DNA of 64,000 nucleotides from Minisyncoccota bacterium (lineage in GTDB: Bacteria; Patescibacteriota; Minisyncoccia; Phycocordibacterales; CALRHW01): assembly GCA_046350795.1 (NCBI GenBank), contig JAXLZT010000002.1:24293-88292 (forward strand). Direction: 5' to 3'. The notes under the pieces were generated by a model. It worked only from the letters and a program-made list of their open reading frames with translations, ran no database searches and was not told the DNA's origin. The position numbers and the translations under genes were made by a program. Shown here piece after piece: positions 44,493-55,600 of this stretch (position 1 is its first letter; each line of letters opens with the position of its first letter).

Positions 44493-44852
44493 TCAGTTGT
44501 TGCTCACATCATGGCGTGACGCATTCTGTCGTTTCACCTCTCGTACGATTTCCTCGGAAGCCTCATCAATTAGAGCTTCCACCTCATCCAGGATCTCTCC
44601 GGCGGTCTTCTCGAAGTCGATGACGCCGTTGCTGGTGGTCGTCTTCCGTGGGAGATGAGACATCACTGATTCCATGAGATGACGCACCTCCTCAATCACA
44701 ACCTTGCCGTCATCCCTTGCCTTCTTCAGGATTGGAATGGCGTCTTCTTGGTATCGGAACCGGACACTTTCAGTCTCGTCGGAATACTGGAAGTGTCCCT
44801 CAACGATGCACATGCTTCGCACATATTGTGCTGGCCTGATGATCTTGCTCAA
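44493..44852 (-). CDS. GC-rich acidic hypothetical protein (about 120 aa) with TTG start and strong SD
   Basis: AAGGAGG lies 5 nt upstream of a TTG start (rc of 44850-44852). Coding-like composition (MSKIIRPAQYVRSMCIVEGHFQYSDETESVRF...EILDEVEALIDEASEEIVREVKRQ). The local GC content is much higher than in flanking genes. The track gives a longer ORF ending at 44936. Confidence 0.45.
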   Translation of the reverse strand: MSKIIRPAQYVRSMCIVEGHFQYSDETESVRFRYQEDAIPILKKARDDGKVVIEEVRHLMESVMSHLPRKTTTSNGVIDFEKTAGEILDEVEALIDEASEEIVREVKRQNASRHDVSNN

Positions 44853-45137
44853 GTGAGCCTCCTTGCAAAAGTGTAGGTGTGGTGTCGGGGAATGACGATG
44901 ATGAAGAACAAGCTTGGTACGCTCAATAACATACACTATATTTCAATATTGTCAAGCGGATGTAGAGTCTATGCATGTATACTTATAGCTTATTTCCTCG
45001 CTAGACTTGACATTTTTCCCATAATCGTCTATGCTTGGGCGCGTAAGAGTTATCTACTAGAAGAACGTAAGACTTGTTTCTTTGTTCGATATAGGGGATT
45101 CGAATCTTACGTTTTATTCATAAGCCCATAATTTATA

Positions 45138-45413
45138 ATGGCAAAGAAGTTATATGTTGGTGGTATTTCATACAATACTACTGACCAAGGATTATCAGAT
45201 GCGTTCGCAAAAGCAGGAACAGTTGTTTCAGCAACTATCATCACTGACAAAATGACAGGCCGATCAAAAGGCTTTGGTTTCGTAGAGATGAGTTCAGATG
45301 CAGAAGCAGATGCTGCTATCGAGATGTACAACGGAAAAGAACTCGATGGACGAAATTTGACAGTTAACGAAGCTCGACCAAAAGAAGATCGACCTCGTAA
45401 CAACTTCCGATAA
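45138..45413 (+). CDS. RRM-domain RNA-binding protein
   Basis: RNP2-like KLYVGGISYNTT and RNP1-like KGFGFVEM. 91 aa. Confidence 0.8.
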   Translation: MAKKLYVGGISYNTTDQGLSDAFAKAGTVVSATIITDKMTGRSKGFGFVEMSSDAEADAAIEMYNGKELDGRNLTVNEARPKEDRPRNNFR

Positions 45414-45436
45414 TTTATTATCAGGAGTTATCTACA

Positions 45437-45468
45437 AAAGACCGCCTTCACTGGCGGTTTTTTGTTTT
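45437..45468 (+). terminator. Rho-independent terminator after the RRM gene
   Basis: AAAGACCGCC TTCACT GGCGGTTTTTTGTTTTG gives a GC stem followed by a U-run. Confidence 0.6.
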
Positions 45469-45566
45469 GTATTCTCATTTGCTTTTATATTTTTGTTAGG
45501 TATTGTTTTTAAGGCGTAAGACTTGTTCTATCCGATTTACTGGTCTACCCACTGAGGAGCCATACT

Positions 45567-45806
45567 ATGACGAGCGAAGAGCTGAGAGTCGAGACCGTCA
45601 AACCGACCAGGCTGGTGTGCAGTGTCTGTGGCACTGAGTTTGCTGCGGGGTCGCCACAGATTTGTTCGATGTGTGATCCGCCGGAATCACTGCGTGTGGG
45701 TGCATCCGGAGATATCCAATCGATCACACCGCCGATCTGTAGTGAGTCGTGTTTCAAGAGGCATTGCAAGCAACACCACTCTCGGTCCACGCGTAGTGGC
45801 GGATGA
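45567..45806 (+). CDS. GC-rich small Cys-rich (zinc-ribbon-like) protein, 79 aa
   Basis: A GAGGAG SD 6 nt upstream of the ATG. CSVCGT...CSMCDP...CSESCFKRHC Cys pairs. Followed by a strong terminator. GC-rich relative to its neighbours. Confidence 0.45.
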   Translation: MTSEELRVETVKPTRLVCSVCGTEFAAGSPQICSMCDPPESLRVGASGDIQSITPPICSESCFKRHCKQHHSRSTRSGG

Positions 45807-45824
45807 AATGGGGGGGATCGACAT

Positions 45825-45860
45825 CTGAGCCCGAGCGTCAAAGACGCTCGGGCTCTTTCA
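45825..45860 (+). terminator. Rho-independent terminator (13-bp perfect GC-rich stem + T-run)
   Basis: GAGCCCGAGCGTC AAA GACGCTCGGGCTC TTTC. Confidence 0.7.
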
Positions 45861-45905
45861 ATATACATTGACAATATAACAGTTTTATTATATTCTTACG
45901 TCTAT

Positions 45906-47270
45906 ATGCATCCAAAAGGATCTACAAATAAAGGCCCATTTAAAGGGCGGACATCGAGCTCGGCCCGCCCACATGGTGGTCATAGCCGTTTTGGTGTACC
46001 TAGTCGTCCGGGAGGTACTAGCTCTATAGCACCGGGAACAGGAGCGTCTTCTAGTCGTTTTTCTAGAAGTCGTGGCAATTTTAGCAACCGAGGTGCTGGC
46101 CGTGGTAGCTTTGGTGGCGGTGGATATCGTGGCGGAGGAAGGGGTCGCGGTCGCGCTGGCATGGGAGAGCGTATTGACGTCTCAAAATTTATAAACAAAA
46201 CAGTTATCTCTGAAGAAGTAGAAGTTTTTATTCCCGACCATCAGTTTGCTGATTTTCATATTAATGACACGCTAAAAAAAGCTGTTATCGCAAAAGGTTA
46301 CACTACTCCTACACCTATTCAAGACAGATCTATTCCACATATTCTAAAAGGCGCTGATCTAGTCGGTATCGCAAATACTGGTACAGGAAAAACTGCCGCT
46401 TTTCTTATTCCTCTTATAAATAAAGTTATTTTAAATCCACGTGAGCAAGTGATGGTAATAGTGCCTACACGAGAACTCGCTATACAGATAGACCAAGAGC
46501 TTAAAGGTTTTACAAAAGGAATGAAAATCTTTTCTGTGGTGGCTGTGGGCGGTGCTCCTATTGGTCCTCAGATTCGTGAGCTTAAATATCACAATCAATT
46601 TATCATCGGAACTCCGGGAAGACTAAAAGATTTGATTGATAGAAAAATGATTCGTCTTTCATTATTTAAGTCTATTGTTTTAGATGAAGCTGATCGAATG
46701 CTAGACATGGGATTTATAAATGATATGCGTCTCATAATGTCTGGTATGCCAAAAGAAAGACAAACTCTTTTCTTTTCTGCGACACTTTCTCCTGAAATTG
46801 AAAAATTGATTGGTGAGTTTTTGCGTGAGCCTGTGCGTATATCTGTAAAGACTCGTGACACTTCAAAAAACGTAGAACAAGATATAGTGCGAATACAGCG
46901 CGGAATAAACAAGCTTGATGTGCTTCACGATCTTTTAAATCAAGAGGGTTTTAGTAAAGTGCTTATCTTTGGGCGCACAAAACATGGTGTAGAAAAGCTT
47001 TCTACAGCACTTGTAGCTAAAGGTTTTAAATCAGAATCAATACACGGTGACAAAAATCATTCAAAAAGACAAAAAGCCCTAAAGCTTTTCAAAGATAACC
47101 AAGTAAAAATACTCGTAGCTACAGACGTGGCTGCTAGAGGTTTGGATATTTCAGATATTACTCATGTGATCAACTATGATTTGCCTGCAACATACGAAGA
47201 CTATGTTCATCGTATAGGCAGAACTGGTCGTGGAAGTAAAAAAGGTAAAGCTCTGACTTTTATTGAATAA
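45906..47270 (+). CDS. DEAD-box ATP-dependent RNA helicase with N-terminal Arg/Gly-rich low-complexity extension
   Basis: Q-motif region, Walker A ANTGTGKTAAF, DEAD (VLDEADRMLDMGF), SAT, and motif VI HRIGRTGRG. N-terminal RGG repeats (GRGSFGGGGYRGGGRGRGRAG). Confidence 0.85.
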   Translation: MHPKGSTNKGPFKGRTSSSARPHGGHSRFGVPSRPGGTSSIAPGTGASSSRFSRSRGNFSNRGAGRGSFGGGGYRGGGRGRGRAGMGERIDVSKFINKTVISEEVEVFIPDHQFADFHINDTLKKAVIAKGYTTPTPIQDRSIPHILKGADLVGIANTGTGKTAAFLIPLINKVILNPREQVMVIVPTRELAIQIDQELKGFTKGMKIFSVVAVGGAPIGPQIRELKYHNQFIIGTPGRLKDLIDRKMIRLSLFKSIVLDEADRMLDMGFINDMRLIMSGMPKERQTLFFSATLSPEIEKLIGEFLREPVRISVKTRDTSKNVEQDIVRIQRGINKLDVLHDLLNQEGFSKVLIFGRTKHGVEKLSTALVAKGFKSESIHGDKNHSKRQKALKLFKDNQVKILVATDVAARGLDISDITHVINYDLPATYEDYVHRIGRTGRGSKKGKALTFIE

Positions 47271-47274
47271 AAAT

Positions 47275-47460
47275 ATGGCAACTCCTGTTTTAAAAAATAA
47301 TAAAAAGCACGATATGAAGACTCTTTCAAAAAAGACTTTTCAAAGTGCTGGAAAATGGATAGAAAAGCCAAGAGTTTCAGAGATATTGGTTTGTGCTTGT
47401 GGCAATAAATATATAAAGACTCGTAAAAATCAGACTGTTTGTGTGAGATGTATGAGATAA
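47275..47460 (+). CDS. Small basic Cys-containing protein (possible zinc ribbon), 61 aa
   Basis: An ATG 5 nt after the helicase stop. CACGNKYIKTRKNQTVCVRCMR. Low certainty that it is expressed. Confidence 0.3.
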   Translation: MATPVLKNNKKHDMKTLSKKTFQSAGKWIEKPRVSEILVCACGNKYIKTRKNQTVCVRCMR

Positions 47461-47516
47461 GTGTTTTTTTCTACTTTTGATATAATGTATCTATTAGTAG
47501 TTTAGATTAAAAAAAT

Positions 47517-47870
47517 ATGGGAGTTGTTTATCTTGTAGGACACATTGTTTTTGGAGGATATTTCCTAATGAATGCATATAATCATTTGATAAAAAATAAA
47601 GGAACTATCGGATATGCGCAGTTTAAGGGGGTGAAACATGCAAAGATGAAGGTGATTGTTTCTGGCCTGCTACTACTTGTTGGAGGAGTGTGCTTTGTGG
47701 GTGGATTTAGTTATTTCTGGGGAAGTCTCGCACTACTCGTTTTCATGATCCCGGTAACTTTCAAAATGCACGCTTTTTGGAAAGAGACAGATCCTCAAGC
47801 AAAGATGAATGAGCGTGTTAGTTTCTATAAAAACATGGCTATAGTGGGTGCACTCTTGATGATGCTCTAG
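47517..47870 (+). CDS. DoxX family membrane protein
   Basis: 117 aa and 3-4 TM helices. N-terminal pattern typical of DoxX (YFLMNAYNHLIKNK...). Confidence 0.6.
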   Translation: MGVVYLVGHIVFGGYFLMNAYNHLIKNKGTIGYAQFKGVKHAKMKVIVSGLLLLVGGVCFVGGFSYFWGSLALLVFMIPVTFKMHAFWKETDPQAKMNERVSFYKNMAIVGALLMML

Positions 47871-47971
47871 TCTATTGACTGAATAATTTTTAAATCGTAT
47901 TCTGTGGAAAGAAATGTGGCTACGTATGCCACGTTCTTTCGTTTAATGCCAACACGCCGAGGAGGTGATAA

Positions 47972-48487
47972 GTGTCTGAAGAATTTATCCGTATCAAAAC
48001 ACTCGGTCGCTTGGCACGCCTTGCCGACCAGATCATGGAACCCGTCATGCGCTTTGGTGCTGGTAAGGATGCTCAGGATGAAGCTCCGCAAGAGACTCAT
48101 CGCTGGAACAACCATCACCTGGATCGTAGTCTGATTAGGCTTTTGGACATACATCCCAAAAAGCTTGTGTCGGTCTGCGGTGATCCAGACGCCTGTCGGA
48201 GAGGAGCCTTTCGTTTCCACATGCCGAGATTTGGTGGATGGAGGAGGTATGTGGTGATCTCACCTGTGCCTGATTCGTCACTGAAGCCTTGGTACATCGG
48301 CTGGATTTCGGACGAAGTCTTTGGAGTCTCTCGACTGCCACTGTACGGTCCTGTGCGTGTACTGAGGGGGCCTCAAACCACCCACTTTTTCGGTATCTCC
48401 TCTGCTGGATCACAGATTAGGGTCCAGTGGTTTGGTGAAGGAGAGATCGGGAAGGGGGGTCCTTTTTCGAGAGTCAGACTGCGCTGA
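47972..48487 (+). CDS. GC-rich hypothetical protein (171 aa), GTG start with strong SD; coding status uncertain
   Basis: GGAGGTG SD (47961-47967) 4 nt before the GTG at 47972. A GC-rich island with overlapping ORFs in several frames. The translated product is Arg/Trp/Gly-rich, and nothing in it is recognisable. Confidence 0.35.
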   Translation: MSEEFIRIKTLGRLARLADQIMEPVMRFGAGKDAQDEAPQETHRWNNHHLDRSLIRLLDIHPKKLVSVCGDPDACRRGAFRFHMPRFGGWRRYVVISPVPDSSLKPWYIGWISDEVFGVSRLPLYGPVRVLRGPQTTHFFGISSAGSQIRVQWFGEGEIGKGGPFSRVRLR

Positions 48488-48562
48488 GCGAGGTGGTGGG
48501 ACTACAGCTCAAGCAACGAGTGAGAGTGACCGGTGAGATAAAGGGCAAACATGAGTAAAAAT

Positions 48563-48598
48563 GAGCGCCGCGACCAAAAGTCGCGGCGCTTTATCTTT
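48563..48598. terminator. Strong bidirectional intrinsic terminator
   Basis: AGCGCCGCGAC CAAAA GTCGCGGCGCT followed by TTATCTTTT on the + strand. The complementary strand also carries a T-run. Confidence 0.65.
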
Positions 48599-48822
48599 TA
48601 TCCTTTTGTAAAAGAAAATAGATACTCAAAGTTGGTATCTATTTTCGTAATGCACAAAGTTTATGAGTCTCTTGTGATAATATCGCATGAAGTGACTGTA
48701 CTACTTCATAGCTTTTAATATTATTAATCATAGACTTTGGCATCTGGGCCGAGTCGACCTCTCTGGCTCTGTGTAGATTGTTACAAATGATTAATAAAAT
48801 ATTTATAAAGAAGCGATAAAGA

Positions 48823-49515
48823 TTATGCTAAGATTTTGTATCCTCTTCCAGGTACACTAACTATTAGATTTTTATTCATATCACGTATCTTTTTTCTAAT
48901 GTTCATTATGTGTGTTTCAATGGTATTTGAAAAAGGATTTATCTCTAGATTCCAGACGTGTTCCAATATCATTCCACGAGAAAGAACGTGCCCCTTATTT
49001 CGCATCAAGTATTCCAAAAGCGCAAACTCTTTTTTTGTAAGATAAATTTCCTTATCTTTGTAAGTTACTACTTGTTTTGTTGTCTCTAATTTTATGTTTT
49101 CTACTTGCAAAACATGACCATGTATATGTCGCGCTCTTTTCATAATGACTCTTATGCGTGCCAGTAGCTCATCAAAGGAAAATGGTTTAAGTATATAGTC
49201 ATCGGCTCCGGCATTAAAACAATCTATTTTGTCATCAAGCTCTCTGCTTTCTGAAAGAACAATGATTGGTGTATTTCTACCTATGGCTCTGATTTCTTTA
49301 CATATTTCTATTGCGTTTTTTTCTGGAAGGAAAAATTCGGATATGATCAAATCATAGTCATTGGTGCGAGCAATAAATGAAGCGTTTTTGCCATCTTCAG
49401 AGGTGTCGACAGCAAAGCAGGTGGAAAGTAAACTTATTTCCAAAAATTCTCTCATTCTTTTATCATCTTCTATTATCAATACTCTCATATAGGCCTTGTA
49501 CCAAAAATTGGCCAA
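48823..49515 (-). CDS. OmpR-family response regulator (REC + winged-helix); likely start MRVLIIEDD at 49488
   Basis: REC-domain Asp pocket (LIISEF...), K-box, and a C-terminal winged-helix (GHVLSRGMILEHVWN). Confidence 0.8.
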   Translation of the reverse strand: MANFWYKAYMRVLIIEDDKRMREFLEISLLSTCFAVDTSEDGKNASFIARTNDYDLIISEFFLPEKNAIEICKEIRAIGRNTPIIVLSESRELDDKIDCFNAGADDYILKPFSFDELLARIRVIMKRARHIHGHVLQVENIKLETTKQVVTYKDKEIYLTKKEFALLEYLMRNKGHVLSRGMILEHVWNLEINPFSNTIETHIMNIRKKIRDMNKNLIVSVPGRGYKILA

Positions 49516-49617
49516 GATATTAGAGTAGCTTTTTGAAAAATAATGGTCAAGGTAAAATGTGGATAATTTCTTTATAATTTTTTTATATAGTTTTTAATCG
49601 TTTATTATTATGTTATT

Positions 49618-52600
49618 GTGGTATTAATAATTTATGAAAAAACCACAAATTTTATGAAAAATCTCTTATTTATTGGGGCAAGAGGGCAAAAACACAGTCT
49701 TTTATCAAGGTTTTTTATTAAATCGACAGCAGGGCTGTTGATTTTTTTATTTGCTTTTCCGGTGGGGGTAGTTTGGGGAGAAGATCACAGTATCGATAAA
49801 AACCACAACAGATCAGCTGAAAAAACAGATACAATAAAACCATCAGACCCAGAAAAACACGATGTTGGTGTTGTACCAACTATATCTGAAGTAGCTCCAT
49901 CTCATAGATCAAAAAAGGATTCTAGAGATGAATCTGATAAGGAGGTGGTTCCACAGTTATTGCTTGATGAAGATGCAAATAATATAGTAGAAAATCCTAG
50001 TTCAATAAAAAGTTTATTGCCTGACGTTGATACTTTTTCTGGATCTCTTGTTTATAAATATCCAATAGTTTTGCCAGCTGGTCGCAACGGTCTTACCCCA
50101 AGTCTTGATCTTACATACAATAGTGGTTTGTCATTAAATAATAGTATTTCTGGATACAACTGGTCTCTTTCTATTCCTTTTATAGAACGTATAAACAGAA
50201 AAGGTGCTGACAAGCTTTACTCAAGGAATGATTTTGTATCGTCTCTTTCAGGTGAGCTTGTAGCAGAAAATGGTACCACTAAATATACAGCAAAAGTTGA
50301 TGAAGGTTCTTTTCTAGATTATACATTCACAAATGATACTTGGACTGCTGTAGATAAACAGGGAACAAAATATACTTTCGGCTCTACTACTCAGTCACGT
50401 TTAAACAATGCTTCTAACGCATCAGAAACTTATCGTTGGATGGTGGAAGAGATTCGTGATAAAAATGACAATTTCATTAGATTTGAGTATGAAAAAGACA
50501 GTAATCAAATCTATCCTTCAAATATTTTTTATACAGGATATGGAAGTACGGACGGTATTTTTGAAGTAAATTTTAATTATGAAAATAGAGAAGATGAAAC
50601 CAATAGTTTTGCATCAAGATTTGAGATGGTTACTTCAAGGCGTCTTGAGAACATAGAAATAAATATAAACGGTGTTTTATCAAAGAAATATTCTTTAGCA
50701 TACATCGCTGGTCACAACACCGTCAGATCTTTATTAAAATCAATCACTGTGTCGGCTGGAACCACCACATTGCCTGCAACGGAATTTGAATATCAGACTA
50801 TACCAAAAAAATTAGAATTTAAACCTGATGTTTTTCAGTCACCATCATTTTACAGGCCATCTACATCAGATTATGCTTTTATTGAATTAAAAGAGAGTCC
50901 TGAATCTACAAATAGACTTGTTGATGTCAACGGCGATGGTCTTTTGGATTTTATACGTACTTCTAATAGCGAAAACAGTGATGGTATTGTTCATGACATA
51001 AATAATGATTTGCCTCGCGTTTTCCTAAACACAGGTCATAGTTGGGAATTTAATCCAGATAAATACCAGTTACCTTCTTATTACCGACCTAGTACAAATG
51101 ATTATAAGTATATGGTTCTAAATGATGTCAATAAACTCATTGATGTTAACGGGGACAATTTACCAGATTTTATTCATACTTCAGATGTAGCTGATGCTGA
51201 TGGTGTGATCACTAACAACAATGATGGTTTCCCGAGAGTCTATTTAAATACTGGTAATGGTTGGGAATTTAATCCAGATAAATATCAATTACCTTCTTAT
51301 TACCGACCTAGTACAAATGATTATTTTTTCTTTCAGACAAAAGAAGAGGAGCACGATGTTACGCAGATAATAGATGTCAACGGTGATGGGCTACCAGATT
51401 TTGTGCGTACATCCGACGATGAGGATGCTGATGGTGTTGTTCTTAACAATAACAACTCTGCTCCTCGTGTATATCTAAATACTGGTAACGGTTGGGAATT
51501 TAATCCAAATAAATATCAACTTCCTGTTTATTACAGACCTAGTACAAATGATTATTATTTTATGGCACTTAAATCTGTCCCAGGATCTACAAACAGACTT
51601 ATTGATGTCAATGGTGATGGGTTAGTAGATTTTTTGAGAACAAATGACACTGAGGATGCTGATGGAGTTGTTTTAAATAACAACGGTGATGCACCACGTG
51701 TTTATCTAAATACTGGCAACGGCTGGGAATTTAATCCAGATCACTATCAGCTTCCTGTGTATTACAGACCGCCTACAAATGATTATCATTTTATGGCACT
51801 TAAGGAGTTTACACAGCTTGCTGATGTAAATGGCGACGGTTTGCCAGATTTTGTCCGTACAGACGATGGTGAGCATGCGACGGGTGTTATAACAAATCTA
51901 AATGGTGATGGTCCACGTGTTTATCTAAACACAGGAAATGGTTGGAAGTTTGATCCCGATTTGTATCAGTGGCCGGCATTTTACAAGCCAGCTACAAACA
52001 ATTATGAGTGGAGAGCTTTGAAGACTAGTAATCAGCTCATAGATATAAACGGTGATAATCTATTGGATTTTGTGCGCACATCTGCTGGTGAGGATGCTGA
52101 TGGACTAATACTTAATAATAATGGTGATGGATCTCGTGTATATATAAATACAGGAAAAGGTTGGGAATTTAACCCTGATTTATATCAATTACCTTCGTAT
52201 TATAGACCGTCTACATCAGACTATTATTTTATGCAACTTTCATATTACTCTAAATTTGCTGATATAAACAACGATGGATTGCAAGATTTTATTAAGACTA
52301 CAAGCGAATTTGATTCTGATGGTCTTATTCTGAATAATCTAAACGATGGTGCAAGAGTATACCAGAATGTTGGGGAAACCGCTGATTATTTAGCAGCTGT
52401 TATTTTTCCAGAGGGTGGAGAGGCACATTTCGATTATCAACTTGAAATAATAAACGGCAGAAATCCAAGTAGTCCATATTATTCTCAAAATGTTTCTGTG
52501 CTTAAAGATATTGTCATAGATGATGGTCTGGGGAATCTAGCAACAAGTACATATAAGTACAAAGATGGAGAGTATTTTTATCATAACGATCCATTTAAAC

Positions 52601-55600
52601 AATTTACAGGATTCAGTAAGGTAGAAAAAACAGACGCTCTAGGGAATTTAACAAAATCATATTTCCATCAAGGTAACGCTTCAGCTACAAGTACCGGTGA
52701 ATACGATGATCACATTTCAAAAATGGGAAAGATGTATCGCACAGAGCAGTACGATGCAAACGGCAATCTTTTTTCAAAGACCATAAATAAGTGGGATCAC
52801 TTTGATACTTTGACTGCTGCGGGTGCGACTTCTACTTTTGTAAAACTCGTAGATACTGTGGAGTTTGCATATGACGGAGATTCTGATCATAGAGAGAAAG
52901 CAGAAAGTTATGCGTATGATAATACCAATGGTAATTTGTCACAAAAAATATCTTGGGGTGAGGTAAATGGTAATAATGATGGCACTTTTTCAGATACTGG
53001 AAGCGACAAAACTACGACTAGTATGACATATGCCACAAGCTCAACTACCAGTGTTTTACCATCAAGCTTCTTACCGTCTCGTGAACTCGTTGTCGATCAA
53101 TATGGCGCTGTAGTACGTGATACAAAATCATATTATGACAATCTCTCTTTTGGATTAATAGATAAAGGTAATCTAACAAAGCAGGAAATGCTAAAAAGTG
53201 GTTCGTCATATATCGATGTAGAAAAGATCTACAATAGCTACGGTCTTGTGACACAGGAAAAAGATCCACGCGATAAAGCAACGAGTTACTCATACGATCC
53301 TTTCAACTTATATCCAGCAACTACTACAAATCCTATAGGACAAACGACGAATGCTTTGTATGATTATTCGTCAGGCAAGCCAAAGCAGATTACAGATGCA
53401 AATGGGTGGGTGTTTCAGATAATATACGACGGTCTAGGAAGAATAATAGAAGAAAAACAGCCAGATACAGTATCGCCCGCAACTCTTGTTACAAAATCCT
53501 CCTATGTTTATGAGGACGACACTTTCCCTACGAGTGTAATGAAAACGGATTATTTAAATGGCCTATCTACTTCTTCGTCTACCGTTGATTCGTATAAATA
53601 TTTTGATGGTTTGGGTCGCGTAATACAAGAGCGCCGACGTGCAGAAGATAGTAATACATATAGTGTAAAAGACACACAGTATGGTCTGACAGGACAAAAA
53701 TCTCGTGAGTCACTGCCATACTTTAGCACCGGATCTGCACGTACTAGTGCGACTGGTACAAATTCACTTTGGAACAATTTCACTTACGATGCACTTGGAA
53801 GGATAAAGACTATTGCAAACTCGGTTGGTACAATAACAAATACGTATGATGATTGGAAACTCACTGTTACCGACGCAAATGGTAAATCAAAAGATTTATA
53901 CAAAGACGCGCGGGGTAATCTGGTGCAAGTAGACGAACACAATTCTGGTGATACATATAGTACATACTATGAATGGAATCCACTTGGTAACCTGACAAAA
54001 ATAACAGATGCACTCGGTAATATTCGCAACTTCACATATGACAAATTGGGTCGTCGTTTGACAGCAGAAGATTTACACTATTCTGGCGATGGTAATTTTT
54101 CTACTTGGACCTATACATATGATGATGCTGGTAACACAACTTCTGTAGTTGATGGAAAAGGGCAAACCGTAAACCATACATATGATGATATCAACCGCGC
54201 ACTTACAGAAGACTTTACTGGTGAAAAGGGAACAGAGATTACATATGGATACGATATTTGTAGCAACGGAAAGGGAAAAATTTGTTTTGCTACTAGTACT
54301 GATGCTCTGGCTGGTAGGACGGTAGTATCATATACATATGACGCACTCGGTCGCACATCTAGTGAGGCAAAAAATATTGCTGGTACAACATACCAGACAA
54401 ATAATGAATATGATCGCTTGGGCAACCAGACACTTGTTACTACCCCAGACGGAGCGCAAATAAAATACGAATACAACTCTGGTGGAATGGTAGAAAAAAT
54501 AGCTCGTAAGGGAGCGGGAGCGGGTTCATTTGTAAATGTGGTTGAGGATTTTGACTACTCTCCAGAAGGAAAAATAGTATATCAAAACAATCACAATGAA
54601 ACTGCGACAACAAATACATATGATGCTAGTCACCTGTATCGTCTAACTGATAAATTTACCGATGGACCAGCATGGGGCATCACAAATGTCCTTCAGGATT
54701 TGCACTATACATATGACAATGTAGGCAATATCACACAGTTGTCTGATACTTCAGAAACAAACAACAGTAAAACTATAGTTTACACTTATGACGATCTTTC
54801 ACGGCTCACTATGGCTTCTAGTACTGCTGTGGGTGACGGTCCAGCATACAAAGAGACTTACACATATAACGCCATCGGCAACATTCTTACAAAAAGTGAC
54901 TTAGGTACATATCTATATTCCGGTGCCACATCTACTACTCTCTTTACCAATCCTCACGCTGTCACGTCTGTAAACGGTACAGCGTACACCTACGACCGCA
55001 ATGGCAATACCACACAGGCAGGTACGGCCACAAGTAGCTGGAACTATAGAAACCAAATGATAAGTATGAAAGTGGGAGCGACTACCACCACCTACGTCTA
55101 CGACCATACGGGTGATCGTGTAAAATACACTAACAAACTTTCTACTATCGTATATCCCAACAAGCTATACAACATAGAGATACCAGTTGGTACTTCTACT
55201 ATGGCTACTACCACCGCAAGTCATATTTTCCTAGGTGACACCATGATAGCTACAGTAGAAAAGGTGGGTACTACCACAGAAGCTATACACTACATACACA
55301 CAGATCATCTCTCGGGTGCCAACATATCTACAGACAAAGACGGCCTTGTCACTGAAATCACCGATTTCTACCCATATGGAGACCAGAGACTAAACAAGAG
55401 CTACAATGGTAACTTTAAAGAACAAAGGAAGTTTACAGGGCACGAGTATGATGAGGATACGGGGTTGAATTATATGGGGGCGAGGTATCAGAATGGGAAT
55501 ATCGGGAGGTTTATGAGTGAGGATCCGGCCTTTCTCAAATTTGACCCAAATACTTCAGAAGGAAAGATGATGTTAATGGATCCACAACATCAAAACTCCT

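Noticed and set aside
45085-45110. GGGGATTCGAATC, resembling a tRNA T-arm
   Set aside because: No acceptor stem, D-arm or anticodon arm can be formed around it. It is not a tRNA.
47900-48560. GC-rich island as RNase P RNA or tmRNA
   Set aside because: The conserved RNase P blocks (GGAAAGTCCGG, ACAGAACCCGGCTTA) are absent, as are the tmRNA 5' GGGG...acceptor and the tag-ORF. It is kept only as an unassigned island.
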